DNA from: Acidobacteriota bacterium
GTDB lineage: Bacteria; Acidobacteriota; UBA6911; RPQK01; JAJDTT01
Direction of reading: 5' to 3'
Length of the DNA: 64,000 nt
Assembly (NCBI GenBank): GCA_965263035.1
Contig: OZ253580.1
Location: 4,192,001 to 4,256,000 of the forward strand
Shown here: positions 50,516 to 60,058 of the stretch, one piece after another
Numbering within the stretch: the first letter of the stretch is position 1
How the letters are laid out: the number at the start of each line of letters is the position of its first letter
Position numbers and translations under genes: made by a program
The notes under the pieces: model-generated
What the model was told of the DNA's origin: nothing
Databases searched by the model: none
What the model saw: the letters and a program-made list of their open reading frames with translations, nothing else

Positions 50516-52000
50516 ATGGGATTGCAGGTGAATCGCCGCGTGTTTCTGGGTGCCGGATTTGCGGGAGCGCTGGTTGCTCGAACCGCTCATTCAGAAACGG
50601 CGCTGGAGGTTGGCGACCGCGCCCAGTTGCTCTTGGACGATTACTTCGTGGAGCGAAAAGAGGGCGTCCGGCTCAGGGTGACTCCCGCCCGGGCCGATCA
50701 CGTCCGGGTGGTTTCGCCTGACATACCCACGGACCAGGATGGGGTATGGGCCTGGGTGACGGTGGGGGATGAGGGTGGACGGGTGCGGATGTGGTATTCG
50801 GGCCGGGCGCTCGGCGATCCGGCCGAGGTCAGCCGGCTCTGCTACGCCGAGTCGGAGGATGGTGTTCATTGGGACAAGCCGCCCTGCGGGGTGACCTCGT
50901 TTCAAGGCAGCCGGAAGAACAATATCGTCCTCACCATCCAGCATGAAGGCAGCGTGTTCCTGGATCCTTCCGCGGGGCCGGGTCAACGGTACAAGTGTGT
51001 GTTTGGAGAACGAGACAAGGAGCGCGGATACGGGTACCGGATGACCCTTCGGGACCGGGGGCGAACCCGGGAATGGCTGGGGCCCACCATCGAAGGAGCA
51101 GCTTCGCCGGACGGGATCAGTTGGACCAAGGGTCCCGGTCCTCTGATGGACTGGTACACCGATACCTGCAACGTCTGCTACTACGACTCCGGGCTGGGAA
51201 AATACGTCTGCTTCGTCCGGGACAACCAGTATCCTCGCTTCAAAGGGGGAGCCATCCGCTGCATCGGCCGGACGGAGAGCAAGACATTCGGCGACTTCCC
51301 CCGCCCGGAGCGGGTCCTGGCGCCCGACCAGGAGGATCCACCGGGGATGGACCTCTACAATTCGGCGGCCCAGCCCTATCCGTTCGCCGACGGGGTCTCC
51401 CTGCTGTTTCCGGCGGCCTACTACCACGACACGGACAACCTGGAGATTCAGATCGCCACCAGCCGCGACAGCGTGCGATGGCGGCGGCCCGACCGCAATC
51501 CGTTACTGAGTCCCGGAAGGGAAGGGGACTTCGACAGCCGCATGGTCTACATGGGCGTGGGAATGATTCCCCGACGGGATGAGATCTGGATGTACTACGG
51601 TGGCTTCGACGTCGGGCATGAACAGGTCAAACGGGCCCCCGGCATGGGCGGCGTCGGCCGGGTCAGGTTCCAGCGTCACAGGATCGTCGCTCAGGCTGCG
51701 GAGTCGGCACTCGGACATCTGGTAACGAAGCCGCTGATCTTTTCGGGTCGGCATCTGAAACTGAACGCGGATTGCGGAGCCGGCGGGCGGATTCAGGTCG
51801 GCGTCTTGGGGGTGGACGGCGTCCCGGTCCCGGGTCTTGGCCTGGAGGAGTGCGAGCCTCTTATTGGAGATTTCCTGCGAGGCGTGGTGCGGTGGAATTC
51901 TGGGGCCCGGCTGTCGGATCTGGCGGGGAAGCCGGTTCGGCTCAGCTTTCGGTTGCAGCAGCGCAGCCGGCTTTATGCGTTTCGGTTTTGGGCGGCTTGA
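50516..52000 (+). CDS. Tat-signal propeller glycoside hydrolase-like protein
   Basis: NRRVFL signal; YAESEDGVHWDKP, ATSRD, LVTKPL, RLYAFRF. Confidence 0.7.
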   Translation: MGLQVNRRVFLGAGFAGALVARTAHSETALEVGDRAQLLLDDYFVERKEGVRLRVTPARADHVRVVSPDIPTDQDGVWAWVTVGDEGGRVRMWYSGRALGDPAEVSRLCYAESEDGVHWDKPPCGVTSFQGSRKNNIVLTIQHEGSVFLDPSAGPGQRYKCVFGERDKERGYGYRMTLRDRGRTREWLGPTIEGAASPDGISWTKGPGPLMDWYTDTCNVCYYDSGLGKYVCFVRDNQYPRFKGGAIRCIGRTESKTFGDFPRPERVLAPDQEDPPGMDLYNSAAQPYPFADGVSLLFPAAYYHDTDNLEIQIATSRDSVRWRRPDRNPLLSPGREGDFDSRMVYMGVGMIPRRDEIWMYYGGFDVGHEQVKRAPGMGGVGRVRFQRHRIVAQAAESALGHLVTKPLIFSGRHLKLNADCGAGGRIQVGVLGVDGVPVPGLGLEECEPLIGDFLRGVVRWNSGARLSDLAGKPVRLSFRLQQRSRLYAFRFWAA

Positions 52001-52003
52001 GGC

Positions 52004-52063
52004 TGTAGAGTGGGGACTCCGTCCCCCCTGCCCCCCTAACCGGCGACAAGAAAGTCGCCGCTC
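52004..52063. repeat. REP-like doublet (5' exon of intron copy 2)
   Basis: Matches 42174-42233 except for 3 nt. Confidence 0.8.
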
Positions 52064-52693
52064 GTGCGCCCGACATGGGCTGTATCTAAGGGATGAAAGA
52101 TCCCAAGGGAGGTGATGGGACCAACGCTAGCCGAACCGCAAGGCGTAGCCGCGAGGCGAAGCTGAAGGAAGCGGAAGGCAAACCCACGACCGCAGGAACA
52201 CGAACCGGCAGTGAGGCCGGGTGCGGGCGGTGAGCTGGCGAGCAACAGCGAAACCCGAACCCCATCCAGACGCATCAGGTAGAGCCGGGCGGCCCGGGGG
52301 GAAAGATGCAGCACCTTACTCGGGGAGATCTCAAGGGTGAGAGCCCTTGAGAAGTCAGCAGAGGTCGTAGTAGCGAAGAAGCTGGGTAATGCCGGTGGAG
52401 CGAAGGACCGAAGGAGTCGGACTGGCCCTATGGTGGACTCGTCAGCGGGATCGCAACTACCTCCGAAAACGGGCCGTGGGGAGGCCCCTCGGACCCGGCA
52501 TGGAAGGCCCACGGGTGGAGCCCGGCAAGCCGGAAGGGCGGAGATCAAGTCTCAGCGGCGGCGGAAACCGGAAAGAAAGGCCCTGTACGAGGCTCGAAAG
52601 AGCCTCGGGTGACTCCAACCGCCGGATACTGAAAACGGTACGTCCGGTGGTGTGGGAGGGTGCGGGGGCGCAATCCCCTGCACTCGACCCGAT
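52064..52693 (+). ncRNA. RT-less group II intron, class IIC (copy 2, 630 nt)
   Basis: Same length and boundaries as copy 1; roughly 15-17 substitutions by eye, no indels. Confidence 0.9.
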
Positions 52694-52701
52694 CACCCCC
52701 T

Positions 52702-52729
52702 AACCGGCGACAGGAACGTCGCCGCTCCA
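52702..52729. repeat. REP-like palindrome
   Basis: CCGGCGACAGGAACGTCGCCGCTCCA. Confidence 0.65.
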
Positions 52730-52736
52730 TTGCTCC

Positions 52737-53882
52737 TTACTTCCCGGATTCCGGCTTGATGAAGAATACGTGCGTGTTCGTGTCGAGGCCGTCGTAGACG
52801 ATGCTGAACTGGACCATCAGTTCGTTGGGAACGTCGTCGGCATACTTGTTGATGACGCAGTTGTGACTGTATCCGTCGGCGTGTCTCCGATCGCCGCTGA
52901 CGATGATTCCGCTCCCCCAGTTGATGCCGTCGTCGGACTGGTAGAGGACGAAACGGTCGGTCCCTTCGCCGTATTGGCCCGACCTTCCGTGCAGATAGTA
53001 TTTGCCGGCCAGATAGGCCAGTTCGGGATCCCGAACCTTCTTGTCCAGATAGGCTCGCCGTTGTTCGGTCCAGGTCCTCCCCTGATCCCGGCTGATGCAG
53101 TAGTAGAGATGGTTTTCGTCCTTCTCGGTGTAGGCGCCGGCCAGCAGGCGGCCGTCCTCCATGATGCACAGGGCGCCGTACCATTTGTCGTCGTCCAGCG
53201 GCAGGGTGCTTCTCCTGCGCCAGCTCCGTCCGTCGTCGGTGCTGACGTACAGGACGTGGGGACCGCTGCTGATGTCGTACAGGACGAAGTTGGCGCCGCC
53301 CGTCACTCCCACCGCGCAGGGATACCCGACGAAATCTCCGTCGAGGGGTTCGTAGTCGATCCAGGAGGCGCCGTGGTCACGGCTTCTCATGAATCCGCTC
53401 CGGCTCCTTCCCTTGTCGACATGCGTGAGAAAAAGGACGGTGACTCCGTTACTGGTCGTCAGCCCTTCTTCTACGATCACCGGCCGTTTCGGATCTTTCT
53501 TGTAGGCCGCATGGGAATACTCGAACTTGTTGTATCTGGTCCAAGTTCTGCCGCCGTCCTTGCTGAGGGCGTACTCGCTCCACCCGTCGGAGTTATGGTC
53601 GCTGGTGTTGGCGTAGAAGGCCGCGATGTGGCCGTTCGCGTATTCCAGACAGACCGGGCCTCCGTGTGAACACCGGCCCGGAGCGTCGTTCTCCAGGTCG
53701 GCGATGATGGTGCCGAAAATGTCGTCTCCGAGCCGGGTGGAAGGATCGTGATCGTAGATCGACGCCCCTTCGATGGGTTCATATTGGATGGCCTCTTGCC
53801 CGGATGCGGCGCCCTGGGCGAACGTCACGAGGGCGGGGCCGACCAGGAACAGGACAACGGAAACCGGTATCGATCGATTCAT
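52737..53882 (-). CDS. Secreted sialidase-like (BNR) protein
   Basis: Signal peptide; Asp-boxes SKDGGRTW, SRDHGASW, STDDGRSW, SRDQGRTW, SDDGINW. Confidence 0.8.
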   Translation of the reverse strand: MNRSIPVSVVLFLVGPALVTFAQGAASGQEAIQYEPIEGASIYDHDPSTRLGDDIFGTIIADLENDAPGRCSHGGPVCLEYANGHIAAFYANTSDHNSDGWSEYALSKDGGRTWTRYNKFEYSHAAYKKDPKRPVIVEEGLTTSNGVTVLFLTHVDKGRSRSGFMRSRDHGASWIDYEPLDGDFVGYPCAVGVTGGANFVLYDISSGPHVLYVSTDDGRSWRRRSTLPLDDDKWYGALCIMEDGRLLAGAYTEKDENHLYYCISRDQGRTWTEQRRAYLDKKVRDPELAYLAGKYYLHGRSGQYGEGTDRFVLYQSDDGINWGSGIIVSGDRRHADGYSHNCVINKYADDVPNELMVQFSIVYDGLDTNTHVFFIKPESGK

Positions 53883-54001
53883 CGCGACTCCTTTCCCACA
53901 CGAGATCGCTCGATTCGGACCACCGGTCCAGCCATTGCCGGCGCCGCGGTCGCCATCGAGCCTTTTGGTACGGACTGTTAGAATAAACTCCAACATCTGC
54001 A

Positions 54002-56389
54002 ATGAGAAAATGTTCGTGGAATTTCTGCCCGCCCGGGGCTCGAATTCGTGATTCGGCGAGGCCGCCGGTCGTCTGCCTTGTGCTGCTGAATCTCTTCTTG
54101 TCGCCTCTGGTCACAGCGGTCCCCTCTCAGAACTCCAAAGTCGACTTTCAGCGGCAGATTCGGCCGTTGCTGTCCGATACCTGTTTTCAGTGCCACGGTC
54201 CCGATCCCCAGGTCCGGGTGGCAGACCTGAGGCTCGATCTGCGAGAAAACATCTTCCAGGCCCGGACCTCCGGAGTGCCCGTCGTTCCGGGAGATCCGGA
54301 CAACAGCCTGATCTTTCGGCGCATCACACATGAAGACGCGAACCATCGCATGCCTCCCGCGTACTCGCAAAAGAGGCTGAGCGACGACCAGATCGATCTC
54401 ATCCGCCGTTGGATCGAGCAAGGAGCCGTCTGGCAGCAACATTGGGCGTTCATCGCGCCGCGGCGGCCCACCCTGCCTCAGGTGAAGGACAACTCCTGGC
54501 CCAGGCAGGATCTGGATCGCTTCGTCCTCAACCGCCTGGAAGCTGAAGGGCTGGATCCTGCGCCGGCCGCGGAAAAGAGCCGGATCCTGCGCCGAGTGAC
54601 CTTGGACCTGACCGGGCTGCCGCCGACCTTGGATGAACTGGACGCCTTCCTCGCCGACCCGTCGCCCGGCGCGTACGAGAAGGTCGTCGACCGGCTCCTG
54701 GCTTCGCCCCGGTATGGGGAACGCATGGCGGCGGTCTGGCTCGATCTGGCCCGATACGCCGACACCGACGGCTATCAGGACGACGAGCCTCGAACCATGT
54801 GGAGGTGGCGCGAATGGGTCGTCGACGCGCTGAACCAGAATCTGTCCTTCGACCAGTTCACGGTCCAGCAGTTGGCCGGGGATCTGCTCCCTGAGGCGAG
54901 TCCGGAGCAGAAACTGGCCACCGGCTTCCTTCGCAACAACCGCGTCAACGGTGAAGGCGGATCCATCGCCGACGAGTTCCGGGTCGAGTACGCCGTCGAT
55001 CGCGTCAACACCGTTTCGACCGCCTGGATGGGGCTCACGGTCGGCTGCGCGCGTTGTCACGATCACAAGTATGATCCCGTCTCCCAGACCGAGTTCTACC
55101 GTCTCTTCGCCTTCTTCAACGCCATCTCCGAGCCGGGCACCTATCGGCGGAGCGCCGCGCCCACCATCAAGGTGCCGCCGCGGGCCGTTCAGCTCCGATT
55201 GGATCGGATCCATCGCGAACTTCAGGTCCTGGAGCGGAGTTCACCCGCGTACGCCGCGCTCGAGGCACAGCATCAACGCTTCTGGGAACAGGTCCCCGCA
55301 ACCATGATCATGCGGGACGACCAGGCTCGAGAGACATTCGTTCTGGGACGCGGACAATACGATCAGCCAGGGGCCAAGGTAACCCCGGGCGTCCCCAGGG
55401 TGCTGCCACCGCTGCCCCCCGGCGTCCCGGCCAATCGTCTGCTCCTGGCACGGTGGCTGGTGGATCCGGCCCATCCACTCACCGCCCGTGTGGCGGCGAA
55501 CCGATTGTGGCAGTTGCACTTCGGCTCGGGACTGGTGCCGACGCCCGAGGATTTCGGGGCGCAGGGGGAGCCCCCGACACATCCACTCCTGCTGGACTGG
55601 CTGGCCAGCGAGCTGATTCGACTGCAATGGGACAGCAAGGCTTTCCAGCGGATGATCGTGACCAGCGCGACCTACCTGGAGTCGTCGAAGCTCACGCCGG
55701 CACTGCTCCAGAAGGATCCGGCCAACCGCCTTCTGGCGCGGGGTCCCCGGTTGCGTCTGCCCGCGGAGATGATTCGGGATCAGGCCCTGGCGGTGAGCGG
55801 GCTGCTGGTCGAGTCGGTGGGAGGGCCGTCGGTCAAGCCGTATCAGCCGGAGGCCATCTGGGACGAGATCGCCGGCGGAGCGTCCGGCGCCTACAAGAAA
55901 GGCTACGAGCAGGGGACCGGCGACCATCTCTACCGTCGCAGCCTCTACTCTTTCTGGAGGCGCACCATCCATCCTCCCGGGATGGAGGTGTTCGATGCTC
56001 CGAGCCGCGAGGTCTGTACGGCCCGGCGCGAGCGGACCAACACGCCCCTCCAGGCGTTGACGCTCATGAACGACGTGACCTACGTCGAGGCGGCGCGTGC
56101 TCTCGCCCAGCGTCTGATCCGGGAGGGAGGTTCGACCGATCGGGAGCGGGTCGATTTCGGTTTCCGCCTGGTCACTTCGCGGCAGCCCCAGCCTGCGGAA
56201 ATCGAGGTGCTGACGCGCGGTCTGCAGCGTCATCGGTCGACCTACGAGAACGACCCCGAGGCTGCCCGGAGACTGGCTCAGGTCGGTCAGTCCCCTTTGG
56301 ATCCTGGGATGGACACCGTCGAACTGGCTGCCCACACGGCCCTCGCGAACGGCCTCCTGAACCTGGACGAGACCATTCACCGGGAATGA
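54002..56389 (+). CDS. Planctomycete cytochrome c / DUF1549 / DUF1553 protein
   Basis: IRPLLSDTCFQCHGPD, HWAF, WLDLARYADT, CARCHDHKYDP, HPLTARVAANRLW, TNTPLQAL; exact start uncertain. Confidence 0.9.
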   Translation: MRKCSWNFCPPGARIRDSARPPVVCLVLLNLFLSPLVTAVPSQNSKVDFQRQIRPLLSDTCFQCHGPDPQVRVADLRLDLRENIFQARTSGVPVVPGDPDNSLIFRRITHEDANHRMPPAYSQKRLSDDQIDLIRRWIEQGAVWQQHWAFIAPRRPTLPQVKDNSWPRQDLDRFVLNRLEAEGLDPAPAAEKSRILRRVTLDLTGLPPTLDELDAFLADPSPGAYEKVVDRLLASPRYGERMAAVWLDLARYADTDGYQDDEPRTMWRWREWVVDALNQNLSFDQFTVQQLAGDLLPEASPEQKLATGFLRNNRVNGEGGSIADEFRVEYAVDRVNTVSTAWMGLTVGCARCHDHKYDPVSQTEFYRLFAFFNAISEPGTYRRSAAPTIKVPPRAVQLRLDRIHRELQVLERSSPAYAALEAQHQRFWEQVPATMIMRDDQARETFVLGRGQYDQPGAKVTPGVPRVLPPLPPGVPANRLLLARWLVDPAHPLTARVAANRLWQLHFGSGLVPTPEDFGAQGEPPTHPLLLDWLASELIRLQWDSKAFQRMIVTSATYLESSKLTPALLQKDPANRLLARGPRLRLPAEMIRDQALAVSGLLVESVGGPSVKPYQPEAIWDEIAGGASGAYKKGYEQGTGDHLYRRSLYSFWRRTIHPPGMEVFDAPSREVCTARRERTNTPLQALTLMNDVTYVEAARALAQRLIREGGSTDRERVDFGFRLVTSRQPQPAEIEVLTRGLQRHRSTYENDPEAARRLAQVGQSPLDPGMDTVELAAHTALANGLLNLDETIHRE

Positions 56390-56397
56390 GAAAACCG

Positions 56398-57867
56398 ATG
56401 GCTTCTCCCGCGCATCCGATCGCCAACGCCCGGCAGCTGTTGACCCGCCGACACTTCTTTGGCCGGTCGGGGATGGGAATCGGCGCCGTAGCGCTGAGCT
56501 CACTGCTGTCGGAGGACCTCCTGGCCGCCCCCCGACGAAGTCCCGGAGCAGCGGCCGGTGCGGCAGGCCTACCCCACTTCGAGCCCAGGGCCAAGCGGGT
56601 GATCTACCTGTGCCAGGCTGGCGGACCGGCCCAGATGGACCTCTTCGACTACAAGCCGGGCCTGCGGGAAATGTTCGACGTCGATTTCCCCGACTCGGTG
56701 CGGAAGGGTCAGCGCCTGACCACCATGACCTCGGGCCAGGATCGTTTCCCGTTGGTGCCGTCCATTTTCGAATTCCGCCGGCATGGGGAGTGCGGCGCCT
56801 GGGTCAGCGAGTTGCTTCCGCACACGGCCGGCGTGGTCGATCGACTCTGCCTGATCAAGTCGATGCACACGGATGCCATCAACCACGATCCCGCCATCAC
56901 GCTGATGCAGACCGGCTCCGAGCGGTCGGGCCGCCCGAGTCTGGGGGCTTGGCTCTCCTATGGGTTGGGAAGCGCGAACCGGGACCTGCCCACCTTCGTG
57001 GTCATGACCTCCAACTCCAAGAAGGGGTCGCAGCCGCTGTACAAGCGCTTGTGGGGCAGTGGCTTCCTGCCCACCCGGCACCAGGGGGTGAGGTTCCGCG
57101 GCGTCGGCGATCCGGTCCTGTACCTCTCCAATCCGCCGGGGATGGACAGCGTCACCCGGCGGCACATACTGGACGACATCGCCCGGTTGAACGAGTTGAA
57201 GCAGGCCGAGTTCGGAGACCCTGAGATCGCCACCCGAATCGCCCAGTACGAGCTGGCGTTTCGGATGCAGACCTCGGTTCCCGAGCTGACGGACCTGTCC
57301 GATGAACCGGAGCATATTTTTCGGCTCTACGGAGACGACGCTCGAGAACGGGGCACCTACGCGTCCCATTGCCTGATGGCCCGGCGGCTGGTGGAGCGAG
57401 GGGTGCGCTTCGTTCAGCTGTTCCACCGGGGCTGGGATCAGCACCGGGACCTGCCGCGGGACCTGAGGGGCCAGTGCCAGGCCACCGATCGGGCCACGGC
57501 CGCCCTGATCCTGGATCTGGAGCAACGAGGCATGCTTGAGGACACCCTCATCGTCTGGGGCGGCGAATTCGGACGGACCATCTACTGCCAGGGAGATTTG
57601 ACCAAGGAGAACTACGGGCGGGACCATCATCCGCGCTGCTTTACCATGTGGCTGGCCGGAGGCGGGGCCTCGGGCGGTCTGAGCTACGGCGAAACGGACG
57701 ACTTCAGCTACAATATCGTGAAGGATCCGGTACCGGTCCACGACCTGAACGCCACCATCCTGCATCTCCTGGGAATCGACCATCTGCGGCTGACGTTCAA
57801 GTTCCAGGGCCGAGACCACCGGCTGACGGACGTGCACGGCAAGGTGCTGAAACCGCTCCTGGCCTGA
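56398..57867 (+). CDS. DUF1501 family protein (Tat)
   Basis: TRRHFF; AKRVIYL..AGGP.QMDLFDYKP, ARRLVERGVRFVQ, WGGEFGRT, GRDHHP, RLTDVHG. Confidence 0.92.
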   Translation: MASPAHPIANARQLLTRRHFFGRSGMGIGAVALSSLLSEDLLAAPRRSPGAAAGAAGLPHFEPRAKRVIYLCQAGGPAQMDLFDYKPGLREMFDVDFPDSVRKGQRLTTMTSGQDRFPLVPSIFEFRRHGECGAWVSELLPHTAGVVDRLCLIKSMHTDAINHDPAITLMQTGSERSGRPSLGAWLSYGLGSANRDLPTFVVMTSNSKKGSQPLYKRLWGSGFLPTRHQGVRFRGVGDPVLYLSNPPGMDSVTRRHILDDIARLNELKQAEFGDPEIATRIAQYELAFRMQTSVPELTDLSDEPEHIFRLYGDDARERGTYASHCLMARRLVERGVRFVQLFHRGWDQHRDLPRDLRGQCQATDRATAALILDLEQRGMLEDTLIVWGGEFGRTIYCQGDLTKENYGRDHHPRCFTMWLAGGGASGGLSYGETDDFSYNIVKDPVPVHDLNATILHLLGIDHLRLTFKFQGRDHRLTDVHGKVLKPLLA

Positions 57868-57898
57868 GTGGGGGGTGCCGAGAATTGAGAAGAACGAC

Positions 57899-57960
57899 GG
57901 GAGCGGCGACTTTCTTGTCGCCGACAGGGGGGATTAGGGGGGGCTGAGTCCCCCTCCGCC
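57899..57960 (-). repeat. REP-like doublet without intron (empty target)
   Basis: Reverse complement reads ...GGGGACTCAGCCCC...GTCGGCGACAAGAAAGTCGCCGCTC|CC. Confidence 0.78.
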
Positions 57961-58527
57961 TCTTCCAAAGTCCGGAGCAGGCGATTAGAATGTCCTGTCC
58001 CTATGTTTTCCTCAGAAGAGGAGACTGAGGGGTGGCTCCGCCCCCTTCGATACCCCCTAAGCCCGCGTTTCGGCGGAGTTTTCGGGAGAAACCCACTCCC
58101 ATTTTCCCCGGCCCGACGCGTTGTGATGACTGACCACCGCTACGTCACCACTGGTGTCCACGTATCGCCAACGGAACCCACCGATTAGCAGGCCAACGCC
58201 ACCGCCGTCTCGCCGTCGGCAGTGCTATGCGAGGTTATGGCAGGTGTCCGGACATGTACCGCCGCAGGTGCCCGGCGAGCGTCCCCGACTCGCGTACGGT
58301 GCGGCCACATACTTTGCTGAAGAGGCCGTTATCACGAGACGGAATCGCTCCACCGATCCGCCGCGCCTCCACCGGCAATCGACAGCGGGTGACGCGCCAC
58401 GAATTGCGCGCAGCTGGGGCGGTTCCTCGGGTGCACTCTCCACGCCTTCGCGCTATAGTGATTTGCCTTTGGGATGGAAACCGAAGAGCGCAGAATACTC
58501 GCTACCACAACTACATGGCTAAGTAAG

Positions 58528-58694
58528 CTAGGAGTCTGCGCGGTAGAAATGATCGTAGCGAGAAAGTGGGGAATCGAGGCCAGATTTTCTCGATTTGGAG
58601 GTGCATAGTTGTTCTATTCGCCGAGAAATCGAGGAAATATGGACCGATTCTACCGCTTTCGCAGTAGATCAATTTCTGCGGCGCAGGCTCCTAG
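58528..58694 (+). mobile_element. MITE copy 3 (CTAG duplication)
   Basis: Near-identical to copy 1. Confidence 0.92.
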
Positions 58695-58813
58695 GAACTA
58701 TGAAGCATGAGTCGCCCGGCCTCAGCACGATTCACAAGTGGAGCGCCGAAGCCGACCCGCGAACCTAGAGCCGAGAGGAGGGATCCATCAGCTCTGGGTC
58801 TAAGGAGGGCAGC

Positions 58814-60030
58814 TTGAGTACGGGCAGTAGCAGAATCGAGAGTGCTTCGCTACGACTCGCGCGGTACTTGAAGGAGTTCGTTGGCCTCCGCAGTACGACT
58901 GTTCGTGATGTCGACAAGTACGATTCCGTGCTCTGGTTCGACGAGATGCCGCAAACGGCGGACTGCCACAGTGGTGCCTGGACCGACGACTACGATCTGG
59001 CAAAGCCTTGGCTCGAGGTTCGCAAGCAAAAGTTCGAGAACCCGCCAGAGCCACCCGACATCACCGTGAAATGGATCGACGCCGAGGCTCTCTACAAGGC
59101 GACGCCGAGTATTACGCCACTACGTCCGAGCATCTTGGAGGAAGACACGGACATCGATCTGGGGGAGGGCGAGACACCGCCGCTCGTCGAGCGACCACTG
59201 GTGGACTACCCGGAAGTTGTCGAGGCGTATCGGGCCTTTCGGCCGAAGTGGGAGGCGTGGGCGGCAGAACATCGCCGTCGTGAGGCGGTGCAGCATCTCT
59301 ATGCTGAACTCTTCAGGCTTTATTCGCAGTTGCAGAAGCAGAGCGAGATCGTCGAGGTCGTCCTCGGGCTTGGCCTGATGGACTGGCGGGCTACGAACGG
59401 TGTTAGGTCGATTCGGATTCGCCGCCACGCGGTGGCTGGGCAGGTCGAGTTGACCTTTGATCCGGGTAGCGGTGTCATTCGCGTAGGCGCCCCCGGTGAG
59501 GGGACGAACCTGCGAGTCGAAGATGACATGCTCGAGGCCGAACTCCGACCTGATCGATCATGCTATGACGCGGTCGAAGCGCAGCTTGACGAGGTGGGTG
59601 ACGCGATCTGGGACAAGTCGCTCATTCATGCTCCGCTAAAGACCTGGGCGGGGGCACTCAGCCCCGACACGGAGTGGTCGGAGGGACTCGGTGCCAAGCA
59701 GTCAACTGGCAATGACCCTGTCGTGAGCTTTGCGCCGGCCCTGATCCTTCGCAAGCGCCTCCAGACTGGCATGGTCCGTATCTACGAGAAACTGATTCAG
59801 AACCTTGAGGACGAATCCGGCGAAGTGCCTCGCGGTTGGGGCGAGCTGACTGATGACGACTGGGGAAATGGAGGTGGGAAGGCTACCGGGCACGATGGCC
59901 GAGATGTGACGCCTGCTGGCGGCACGCCGTCACTGTCAGAAATATACTTCCCGTTGTTAGCTAACCGGGAGCAGCGGCGTATCGTCAATGCAATCGACGA
60001 CAATCAGGGAGTGCTGGTTCAGGGTCCACC
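58814..60030 (+). pseudogene. SF1 (Upf1/DNA2-like AAA) helicase, 5' part, interrupted
   Basis: YFPLLANREQRRIV..GVLVQGPP breaks mid Walker A. Confidence 0.85.
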
Positions 60031-60058
60031 CGATCCGGTGACATACTGCACCACCTTT

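Noticed and set aside
55453-56397. N-terminal extension of the 804-aa ORF (similar extensions on the 36255-38084, 26938-27630 and 45893-49297 ORFs)
   Set aside because: Extensions overlap neighbouring genes; family homology begins at the downstream starts used above
57985-58526. Short ORFs and hairpins before MITE copy 3 as an ncRNA or IS end
   Set aside because: No recognisable motif or matching partner end; cannot be supported
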